A stretch of DNA of 64,000 bases from an uncultured Methylomirabilota bacterium (GTDB lineage Bacteria > Methylomirabilota > Methylomirabilia > Methylomirabilales > 2-02-FULL-66-22): the NCBI GenBank assembly GCA_963845565.1, contig CAWJSJ010000002.1, positions 544,001 through 608,000 on the forward strand, written 5' to 3'. Position numbers and translations under genes: made by a program. How positions within the stretch are numbered: the stretch's first letter is position 1; each line of letters opens with the position of its first letter. Below the pieces are notes generated by a model that ran no database searches, was not told the DNA's origin, and worked only from the letters and a program-made list of their open reading frames with translations. Shown here one piece after another: positions 56,389-64,000 of the stretch.

Positions 56389-58887
56389 GTGCCCGAAGAG
56401 AACGACAGCATAGCCCAGCAACGCGTTGGCGAGGTGCACCCCACCGACATCCATGAGGAGATGCGGCGGTCGTACCTCGACTACGCCATGAGCGTCATCA
56501 TCGGCCGCGCCCTGCCCGACGTCCGGGACGGCTTGAAACCGGTCCACCGGCGGGTTCTCCACGCCATGGATGAGATGGGGTTGGCTCACAACCGGCCACA
56601 CCGCAAGGCGGCGCGCGTGGTGGGCGATGTTTTGGGGAAATATCATCCACACGGCGACACGGCCGTCTATGACACCATCGTCCGACTGGTGCAGGACTTT
56701 TCCATGCGGTATCCCCTCATCGACGGGCAAGGGAATTTCGGATCGGTGGATGGGGATGCGCCGGCAGCCATGCGATACACGGAAGTGCGGCTGGCGCGGC
56801 TGGCGCACGAGATTCTGCGCGACATCGACAAGGAGACGGTGGACTTCGTCCCGAATTACGACGAATCCACGGTGGAGCCGGTCGTCCTCCCCACCGTCGT
56901 CCCCAATCTGTTGGTGAACGGCTCCTCTGGAATCGCGGTCGGCATGGCCACCAACATCCCGCCCCACAACCTGGGCGAGGTGGTGGACGCCGTCATCGCC
57001 CACCTCGAGAACACCAACATTACCATCGATGCCTTGATGCAGTTCTTGCCCGGACCCGATTTTCCCACGGCGGCGTATATCCACGGGCGGCAAGGGATAC
57101 TGGACGCCTACCGCACCGGCCGGGGCCTGATCCAGGTCCGAGCCAAAGCCTTTGTCGAGAAGGCGCGAGCGGGCCGCGAGAACATCATCGTCACCGAACT
57201 CCCCTACCAGGTCAACAAGGCCAAGCTGGTGGAGCGCATCGCCGAATTGGTCCGCGAGAAGAAAATCGAAGGGGTCTCGGACCTGCGAGACGAATCGGAC
57301 CGGGAAGGGATGCGGATCGTGCTGGAGCTGAAAAAAGACGAGCCCGCGGTGCCCGTTCTAAATTCGCTCTACAAGCACACGGCGATGCAGTCCACCTTCG
57401 GGGTGATCATGCTGGCGCTGGTGGACAACCAGCCCCGGGTCCTCGACCTGAAGCAGGTCATCGGTTATTTCATCGACCACCGCAAGGTGGTGGTCGTCCG
57501 CCGGACGCGATACGAGCTGCGCCAAGCAGAGGCGCGTGCACACATCCTGGAGGGGTATCGTATCGCCCTGGACCACCTGGACGCCGTCATTCAACTCATC
57601 CGGCGCTCCCGCTCCGTCGACGAGGCGCGCAGCGGCCTGGTGAGCGAGTTCGGCATGAGCGAGATCCAGGCGCAGGCCGTCCTGGATCTGCGGCTGCAGC
57701 GGCTGACCCAGCTGGAGCGGCAGAAGATCCAGGACGAGTACGAAGAAACCATCCGACTCATCGCACGGCTCCAGGCGATTCTCGGGAACGAGGCGCTGGT
57801 GCGGGAGATCATCAAGGAAGAGCTGACCGCGCTCAAGGCGCAGTACGGAGACGCGCGACGGACCCAGATCATGGACGAGACGGCGGATATCTCTTACGAA
57901 GATACGCTGGCCGACGAGGAGATGGTGGTCACCATCAGCCACGGCGGCTATATCAAGCGGAGCCCGCTGGCGATCTACCGCTCGCAGCGACGCGGCGGCA
58001 AGGGCATGACGGGCATGGCGACCAAGGAAGAGGACTACGTGGAGTACCTCTTCGTGGCCACCACGCACAGCCACATCCTCCTGTTCACCAACCTTGGGCG
58101 TGTCCACTGGCTCAAGGTCCACGAGACACCACAGCTCGGCCGGGCGGCCAAGGGAAAGGCCCTGGTCAACTTCCTCCAGGTCCAGCCGGGCGAGATCGTC
58201 ACCGCCATGATCCCCATCCGGCAGTTCGAGATCGGTCGCCACCTGGTCATGGCAACGCGCCGCGGCGTGGTCAAGAAGACGGAGCTTCAGGCCTACTCCA
58301 ACCCGCGCGCCGGCGGCATCATCGCAATCACCCTGGACGAGGGGGACGAGCTGATCGCCGTGCGCCTCACGGGGGGGCAGGACGAGATCTTCCTCGCCAC
58401 CAAGCTGGGCATGGCGATCCGGTTTGGCGAGGAAGAGGTCCGCGCCATCGGGCGGTCCGGCCGGGGCGTGATCGGCATCGCCCTGGAGGCGGGAGACGAG
58501 GTCGTGGCGGCCGAAGTGGTCCGGCCGGGCACCGCGATCCTCACCGTGAACGAGCACGGGTACGGCAAGCGCACCGCGCTCGAAGAATACCGCCTGCAGG
58601 GGCGCGGGGGGAAGGGAATCATCAACGTGCGGGTTGCCGAGAAGAACGGCCCGGTGGTGGGCGCCCTCCAGGTCCAGGAGCAAGATCAGGTCATGATGAT
58701 CTCTCAGGAGGGCAAGGTGAACCGCGTCAACGTCCGGGAGATCAACGTCATCGGTCGGGCCACCCAGGGCGTGCGACTCCAGGGACTCCAGGCCAGCGAT
58801 CGCGTGGCCGCCGTCACCAGCCTGGTGGCGGACGAAACCGACGGCGAGCCGACCGGCACCGACGCAGAACCGGCAGGCGACGCCTAG
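56389..58887 (+). CDS. gyrA: DNA gyrase subunit A
   Basis: GKYHPHGD, AAMRYTE, GyrA-box QRRGGKG. Confidence 0.98.
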   Translation: MPEENDSIAQQRVGEVHPTDIHEEMRRSYLDYAMSVIIGRALPDVRDGLKPVHRRVLHAMDEMGLAHNRPHRKAARVVGDVLGKYHPHGDTAVYDTIVRLVQDFSMRYPLIDGQGNFGSVDGDAPAAMRYTEVRLARLAHEILRDIDKETVDFVPNYDESTVEPVVLPTVVPNLLVNGSSGIAVGMATNIPPHNLGEVVDAVIAHLENTNITIDALMQFLPGPDFPTAAYIHGRQGILDAYRTGRGLIQVRAKAFVEKARAGRENIIVTELPYQVNKAKLVERIAELVREKKIEGVSDLRDESDREGMRIVLELKKDEPAVPVLNSLYKHTAMQSTFGVIMLALVDNQPRVLDLKQVIGYFIDHRKVVVVRRTRYELRQAEARAHILEGYRIALDHLDAVIQLIRRSRSVDEARSGLVSEFGMSEIQAQAVLDLRLQRLTQLERQKIQDEYEETIRLIARLQAILGNEALVREIIKEELTALKAQYGDARRTQIMDETADISYEDTLADEEMVVTISHGGYIKRSPLAIYRSQRRGGKGMTGMATKEEDYVEYLFVATTHSHILLFTNLGRVHWLKVHETPQLGRAAKGKALVNFLQVQPGEIVTAMIPIRQFEIGRHLVMATRRGVVKKTELQAYSNPRAGGIIAITLDEGDELIAVRLTGGQDEIFLATKLGMAIRFGEEEVRAIGRSGRGVIGIALEAGDEVVAAEVVRPGTAILTVNEHGYGKRTALEEYRLQGRGGKGIINVRVAEKNGPVVGALQVQEQDQVMMISQEGKVNRVNVREINVIGRATQGVRLQGLQASDRVAAVTSLVADETDGEPTGTDAEPAGDA

Positions 58888-58905
58888 GGAAAGGACGCGG
58901 GACGA

Positions 58906-60192
58906 ATGCTGGACGCCAAGCTCGTGCGGGAGAACCTAGGGGCCGTGCAGGCCCGGCTGCGAGACCGGGGCCTGGCGCAGGACTTCGGCGAGTTCCTGGC
59001 GGCGGACGAGGGCCGCCGGCGCGTGCTGACGGAGGTGGAACAGCTCAAACATCGCCGGAACACCGTCTCCGAAGAGGTGGGGCGACGGAAGAAGGCGGGC
59101 GAGGATGCAAGCCCGCTGATCGCGGAGATGCGAGTGGCGGGCGACCGGATCAGGGCGCTCGACGACGAGGTGCGGAGACACGAGGAGCGAATCCAGCAGT
59201 GCCTCCTGACGGTCCCGAATCTCCCGCACGCGTCGGTTCCCGTCGGGGCCGACAGCGGCGGGAACGCCGAGGTGCGGCGCTGGGGCCAACCGCGGCAGTT
59301 CGAATTCCCGCCCAAGCCCCACTGGGAGATCGGCGAGGCGCTGGGGATCCTGGATTTCGAGCGAGCCAGCCGGATGGCGCAGGCGCGCTTCACCGTGCTC
59401 CGAGGGCTCGGCGCACGCCTCGAGCGGGCCCTGATCAACTTCATGCTGGACCTGCACACCAAAGAGCACGGCTACACCGAGATTTTTCCGCCGCTCCTGG
59501 TGAACGCCGCCGCCATGACCGGCACCGGCCAACTTCCCAAGTTCGCCGAGGACCTGTTCAAGACGCAAGACGAGTCGCTGTACCTCATCCCGACGGCCGA
59601 GGTCCCGGTCACCAACCTGCACCGGGAAGAGATTCTGCCTCCCGGGACGCTGCCGCTCTCCTACGTCGCCTTCACGCCGTGCTTCCGACGCGAGGCCGGG
59701 TCGTACGGGAAAGACACCCGGGGCCTAATCCGTCAGCACCAGTTCAACAAGGTGGAGCTGGTGAAGTTTGTGGAGCCGGCCCGGTCGTACGAGGCACTGG
59801 AGCAGATGACTCGCGATGCAGAAACGGTCCTGCAGCGCCTGGGGCTACCCTATCGGGTGGTGGCGCTGTGTACCGGCGACATGGGGTTTTCCGCCGCCAA
59901 GACGTATGACTTGGAGGTGTGGCTCCCGAGCCAGACGGGTGGGGGTGGCTATCGGGAAATTTCGTCCATCAGCAACTGCGAGGCGTTTCAGGCTCGCCGG
60001 GCGAGCATCCGTTACCGCCCCGCCCCGAAGGCCCCGGCGGAGTACGCACACACCCTGAACGGATCGGGGGTCGCGGTCGGACGCGCGTTCCTCGCCATCC
60101 TGGAGAACTACCAGGACCCCGACGGCAGCGTGCGAATCCCGGAGGCCCTGCGGCCGTATCTGGACGGGCTTGAGCGCATCGGGAAATCGTAG
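58906..60192 (+). CDS. serS: Serine--tRNA ligase
   Basis: [28 protein letters not shown]. Confidence 0.98.
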   Translation: MLDAKLVRENLGAVQARLRDRGLAQDFGEFLAADEGRRRVLTEVEQLKHRRNTVSEEVGRRKKAGEDASPLIAEMRVAGDRIRALDDEVRRHEERIQQCLLTVPNLPHASVPVGADSGGNAEVRRWGQPRQFEFPPKPHWEIGEALGILDFERASRMAQARFTVLRGLGARLERALINFMLDLHTKEHGYTEIFPPLLVNAAAMTGTGQLPKFAEDLFKTQDESLYLIPTAEVPVTNLHREEILPPGTLPLSYVAFTPCFRREAGSYGKDTRGLIRQHQFNKVELVKFVEPARSYEALEQMTRDAETVLQRLGLPYRVVALCTGDMGFSAAKTYDLEVWLPSQTGGGGYREISSISNCEAFQARRASIRYRPAPKAPAEYAHTLNGSGVAVGRAFLAILENYQDPDGSVRIPEALRPYLDGLERIGKS

Positions 60193-60246
60193 CCCACATT
60201 TCTGCTTCCCTTTCTGGGCCGGGTTCTCTATCATCAGGCCCGCCAA

Positions 60247-60332
60247 GGAGGGGTGGCCGAGTGGTCGAAGGCGTCCCGCTTGAAACGGGATGACCGAAAG
60301 GTCCGTGGGTTCGAATCCTACCCCCTCCGCCA
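60247..60332 (+). tRNA. tRNA-Ser (TGA)
   Basis: GGAGGGG acceptor stem, TCCCG-CT-TGA-AA-CGGGA, long variable arm, GCCA end. Confidence 0.95.
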
Positions 60333-60425
60333 CACGCGCAGGGAGCGGACGACCACACGGCGGCAAGCGGGTTGATCCAGCTTTGCCGCTCACCAAAAAG
60401 CAGTTGACGGGGTGGCCTGTAAAAC

Positions 60426-60517
60426 GGAGAGGTGGCCGAGCGGCCGAAGGCAACCGCCTGCTAAGCGGTTGGCTGGGTAAAACTGGCCCCCGGGTTCGAA
60501 TCCCGGCCTCTCCGCCA
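60426..60517 (+). tRNA. tRNA-Ser (GCT)
   Basis: ACCGC-CT-GCT-AA-GCGGT, long variable arm, GCCA end. Confidence 0.95.
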
Positions 60518-60630
60518 TCCGCCGGGGCGTTTCCCGGCAGATCAGGCCGAGCAGCAAGCTCTGTTGCGGAGGCGCGACCGCCTCGAGGGCGCGGGTTGCG
60601 CCTTCGATCGCTTTTTGGGCGAGGGGTGCG

Positions 60631-61248
60631 GTGGGTAATTCTGCAGGCGGACCCGTCACGCGACGACTGATCCTACTGGGCGTGGCAGTGGCGATCCCAC
60701 TGGCAGCCGTGGCGCTGTACTTCGCGGTTCTGGTACCGCCCGGTCCGGTCGCCGGGCCGGGCGCGCCGCCGCCGCCGGGGCGGGCCGGCGCCGCCGCCAA
60801 AGGCCTTCCGGCGGACCACCCGCCGATTGGGGGAGCCGGCACGGGCCCCGCGGCCGATCGCACGCATCCGCAAGTGGGCGGCACGGGTCGCGCGGTGCGG
60901 GTGCCGGACGCGATCCGGGGGAAGTGGCAAGCGGTCAGGCTGCAGATCGAGATCAAGGGCGCCGGCCGCGCGGCGCAGCCGTTGGTCGCGAACCTCGGGA
61001 ACGAGGTTGCGGTGCCCGGAAGTGACCTCACGCTCCGCGCCGACGAGTTTCTGCCGGCGCTGCAGGTGAAGGACAACGAAATCACCTCCTTGTCGAACGA
61101 GCCCAGCAACCCCGCGGCGCTGGTGACGATCACGGAGAAGGGGAAGCAGGTCTTCCACGGCTGGCTCTTCAGCAAGTTTCCGGAGATGCAGCCGTTCGAC
61201 CATCCGACGTATAGAATCACGCTGATTGACGGGGTGCCGAAGCGCTAG
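60631..61248 (+). CDS. Membrane-anchored protein with DUF2155-like C-terminus
   Basis: N-terminal TM, Pro-rich LPADHPPI, SNEPSNPA, FHGWLFSKFP...FDHPTY. Confidence 0.75.
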   Translation: MGNSAGGPVTRRLILLGVAVAIPLAAVALYFAVLVPPGPVAGPGAPPPPGRAGAAAKGLPADHPPIGGAGTGPAADRTHPQVGGTGRAVRVPDAIRGKWQAVRLQIEIKGAGRAAQPLVANLGNEVAVPGSDLTLRADEFLPALQVKDNEITSLSNEPSNPAALVTITEKGKQVFHGWLFSKFPEMQPFDHPTYRITLIDGVPKR

Positions 61249-61269
61249 GCGCCCCACGTCGGCGGAGAC

Positions 61270-61360
61270 GGAGAGGTACCGAAGTGGTCGTAACGGGCCC
61301 GCCTCGAAAGCGGGTTGGGGGGCAACTCCCACGTGGGTTCGAATCCCACCCTCTCCGCCA
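61270..61360 (+). tRNA. tRNA-Ser (CGA)
   Basis: CCCGC-CT-CGA-AA-GCGGG, GCCA end. Confidence 0.95.
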
Positions 61361-61438
61361 CGAACGCGAGCACGCCCAAAGGGGCGCGGCGGGTCCGCCC
61401 GAGGGTATCGTTCCGCGATGACGCTCCGGCTGGAATGC

Positions 61439-61528
61439 GGAGAGGTGTCCGAGTGGTTGAAGGAGCACGCCTGGAGAGCGTGTGTGGGGGTAACTCCACC
61501 CCGGGTTCGAATCCCGGCCTCTCCGCCA
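61439..61528 (+). tRNA. tRNA-Ser (GGA)
   Basis: CACGC-CT-GGA-GA-GCGTG, GCCA end. Confidence 0.95.
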
Positions 61529-61619
61529 CCTTGCCGGCCCGAGTCGGCGGGGACGGGCAGCCAGGAGAGACGTCGCGACAGCAAGGCGCAGGATAGGGGT
61601 CGGCGAGGGCCACCGCACG

Positions 61620-61778
61620 GGTGGGCGCCGGACGGTTCGTGTGGCGTTGATGATCGGGTCTCGCGCATGGTAGCCCTGTGAACCCCGCCAGGTCCGGAAG
61701 GAAGCAACGGTAAACAGCGAGCGGCCGGTGCCGCGAGTCCACCCGATCGGAGTTGCATGGGCCGTCCGGCGCTCGCAC
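61620..61778 (+). ncRNA. ffs: SRP RNA (ends approximate)
   Basis: Helix 8 CCAGGTCCGGAAGGAAGCAACGG inside a long stem; canonical position before dnaX. Confidence 0.9.
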
Positions 61779-61810
61779 TTTCGGCGACGGCGGACGATGT
61801 CAGGAGCACG

Positions 61811-63520
61811 ATGCCCTACGAGGTGATTGCACGGCGGTGGCGGCCGAAGGCCTTCGAGACGATCGTCGGCCAGCGCCATGTCACCGAGACCCTGAAGAAC
61901 GCCATCGCGGCCGACCGCATGGCCCACGCCCTCTTATTCGCGGGGCCGAGGGGGGTGGGCAAGACCACCACGGCGCGGATCGTGGCCAAGGCCCTGAATT
62001 GCGCGTCGGGACCCACGGCGACGCCCTGCGGCACCTGCCCGCCCTGCCAAGAGATCGCGACCGGCCGGTCCATGGACTGCATCGAGGTGGACGCGGCCTC
62101 CAACACCCAGGTCGAGAAGACGCGCGAGCTCCTGGAAACCGTGCAGTATGCCCCTGCGCGCGGCCACCACAAGATCTACATCATCGACGAAGCCCACATG
62201 CTGTCCACCAGCTCCTTCAACGCGCTCTTGAAGACGCTGGAGGAGCCGCCGCCCCGGGTTATCTTCATTCTCGCCACGACGGAACCGCACCGCATCCCGG
62301 CGACCATCCACTCGCGCTGCCAGCGGCACGATTTCCGACTGCTGGGTATCGCGGAGATCGGCGGCCGCCTTCGCGAGATTGTGGAGGCCGAGGGAATCGC
62401 GGCCGATGAAGGCGCCCTGACGGTTCTGTCCCAGGCAGCCGCGGGAAGCCTGCGCGACGCCCAGAGCCTGCTCGACCAGGCGATCGCGTGCTTGGGAAAT
62501 CGTCTGGAAGCCGCCGCGGTCGCCGAACTCCTCGGTCTGGTGCGGTCCGAGGTGCTGGCCGAGGCGGCCGAGGCGATCCTGGGTCGAGAGGCGGGTAAAG
62601 CGCTCCGTCTGGTGGACGAGCTGGCCCGCCACGGCCAGGACCTGCGCCAGTTCGCGGTGGAGCTCGGTTCTCACCTCAGGGATCTGGCCATCCTCAAGGT
62701 CTGCAGCGAGCCGGGAACGCTGCTGGAGGGGGCCCGGGTGGATCCGGCGACCAGCCGACGCCAAGCCGGCGTGGCCAGCCTTTCGGAGCTGGAGGCCATG
62801 CTGCGCGCGCTCCAACAGGCCGAGGCGGAGATGCGGCGGTCGACGCAGCCGCGACTCGTTCTGGAGATGGCGGTCATCCGCCTGACGGAAATCCGGGGCG
62901 TGCGTAGCGTGCAGGGAATCCTGGATCAGTTGGCCACACTGGAGACCAGGCTCGCCGGCCCCCAGGGAGGGGCATCGCGGCCGCCCGTGTTGCCCTTATT
63001 CGACCGGCCAACCGCGAGTCCCGCGGACCCGGCGCCGACCGCGCCAAGCGCCGCGGTGCCGCGTCCCACGCCACAGGCCGTGGAGCCGAATCCGCCCCGC
63101 CAGCGGGTTGAAACGCCGCAACACGACGCGGCCGCTCCGCCCGCCGATATCGCCTCCGGGTGGGACGCCACGGTGGCTCGCCTGAAAGGGCGGAAGCGGC
63201 TCGCCTCGGTCCTGGCGGAGGTTCGCCCCGCCCGCCTGGAGGCGGACCGGCTGGTGCTCAGGGTCCCCAACGGGAACGCCTTCGTGCGCGACACGCTGGA
63301 GGAACACGAAGCGCGGAAGATGCTCGGAGAGACCGCATCGGCGGCCTTTGGCGCGCGGCTCCGCGTGGAATACGAGTTCGCCCCCGCGGAGCCGGCATCG
63401 TCCACGGCGCCCACAAGCGTGGCGGCCGGGGCCGCCGAGACCAGACCACAGGACCACCCCTTGATCCAGGAGGCCCTGAGTCTGTTTGGTGGAACCATCG
63501 TCCGGAACGGGGCGAGCTAG
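61811..63520 (+). CDS. dnaX: DNA polymerase III gamma/tau
   Basis: ARRWRP, GPRGVGKTT, IIDEAHMLS, LLKTLEEPP, SRC. Confidence 0.97.
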   Translation: MPYEVIARRWRPKAFETIVGQRHVTETLKNAIAADRMAHALLFAGPRGVGKTTTARIVAKALNCASGPTATPCGTCPPCQEIATGRSMDCIEVDAASNTQVEKTRELLETVQYAPARGHHKIYIIDEAHMLSTSSFNALLKTLEEPPPRVIFILATTEPHRIPATIHSRCQRHDFRLLGIAEIGGRLREIVEAEGIAADEGALTVLSQAAAGSLRDAQSLLDQAIACLGNRLEAAAVAELLGLVRSEVLAEAAEAILGREAGKALRLVDELARHGQDLRQFAVELGSHLRDLAILKVCSEPGTLLEGARVDPATSRRQAGVASLSELEAMLRALQQAEAEMRRSTQPRLVLEMAVIRLTEIRGVRSVQGILDQLATLETRLAGPQGGASRPPVLPLFDRPTASPADPAPTAPSAAVPRPTPQAVEPNPPRQRVETPQHDAAAPPADIASGWDATVARLKGRKRLASVLAEVRPARLEADRLVLRVPNGNAFVRDTLEEHEARKMLGETASAAFGARLRVEYEFAPAEPASSTAPTSVAAGAAETRPQDHPLIQEALSLFGGTIVRNGAS

Positions 63521-63753
63521 CCCGCATTAATCGCGAACGACCCTCGCGAATAATGCGGGCTGACTAAGAACCTCGAGGATCGGCGGCCCGGGGCGGATCG
63601 GTCGTCGCCGGTGCACGGTGACGCCGCACCCATCCTGGCGGATGGGTACCCGGTCCGCCCGCCGCCACGTATCCTCCTGCCGTAGGCGGGCGTGGCTGCT
63701 CGTCAGGTAAGCCCGGATTATTCTACGAAGGATTCGTGAAAAATCCGGGCGAG
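63517..63753. repeat. Two related short hairpins (MITE/REP-like)
   Basis: CTAGCCCGCATTAATC...GAATAATGCGGGCT at 63517-63561 and GCCCGGATTATTC...GAAAAATCCGGGC at 63711-63750. Confidence 0.65.
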
Positions 63754-63763
63754 GGAGGTGACG

Positions 63764-64000
63764 GTGGTCGATCTCGGCGATCTGATGAAGCAAGCCCAAC
63801 GCCTCAAGGCGGAGATGGACCGCATCCAGGCCGAGGCGGCAACCAAAACCGTGGAGGGAAGCGCGGGCGGCGGGATGGTGACCGCCGTGGCCAACGGGAA
63901 GGGCGAGCTGCTCTCGATAAAGATTGATGCGGAGGCGGCGCGCGGAGACGATGTGGAGATGCTTCAGGACCTCATCACCGCTGCCGTGAACGATGCCCTG
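63764..64000 (+). CDS. ybaB: YbaB/EbfC nucleoid-associated protein (runs off right edge)
   Basis: [22 protein letters not shown]...[10 protein letters not shown]...[17 protein letters not shown]. Confidence 0.93.
   Translation, partial: MVDLGDLMKQAQRLKAEMDRIQAEAATKTVEGSAGGGMVTAVANGKGELLSIKIDAEAARGDDVEMLQDLITAAVNDAL

Noticed and set aside
61811..63520. Programmed frameshift in dnaX
   Set aside because: No A-AAA-AAG or long poly-A/T slippery site seen.

Overview
High-GC bacterial chromosome segment. The gene style is compatible with Methylomirabilota/NC10- or Rokubacteria-like organisms, but taxonomy cannot be determined from the sequence alone. The window spans the probable replication origin. 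1-4.6 kb: a transposase/DJ-1 fusion scar plus small accessory genes. 4.9-15.9 kb: an ~11 kb island at tRNA-Phe, bounded by an exact 47-bp repeat of the tRNA 3' end. It has no recognisable integrase and carries frameshifted sucA/sucB/gabD, a YtxH-like gene, a decayed Zn-finger gene, and an HUH (RAYT-like) transposase framed by perfect 30-bp terminal inverted repeats at which a NERD gene and a PIN toxin gene are both cut off. 16-48 kb: WYL regulator, FmdB, M3-like peptidase, an atp operon lacking atpB/atpE, a MoxR/VWA/DUF58/TPR operon, bactofilin, an ABC-aminotransferase-deacylase cluster, pckA and a degenerate ThDP enzyme. 46.8-64 kb: parB-parA-parS-rsmG-yidC-yidD-rnpA-rpmH, an oriC-like interval with no dnaA, then dnaN-gyrB-gyrA-serS, four tRNA-Ser genes, SRP RNA, dnaX and ybaB. 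Several intergenic hairpins with 7-, 8- or 9-bp periodic arms and a short MITE-like inverted repeat recur across the window.
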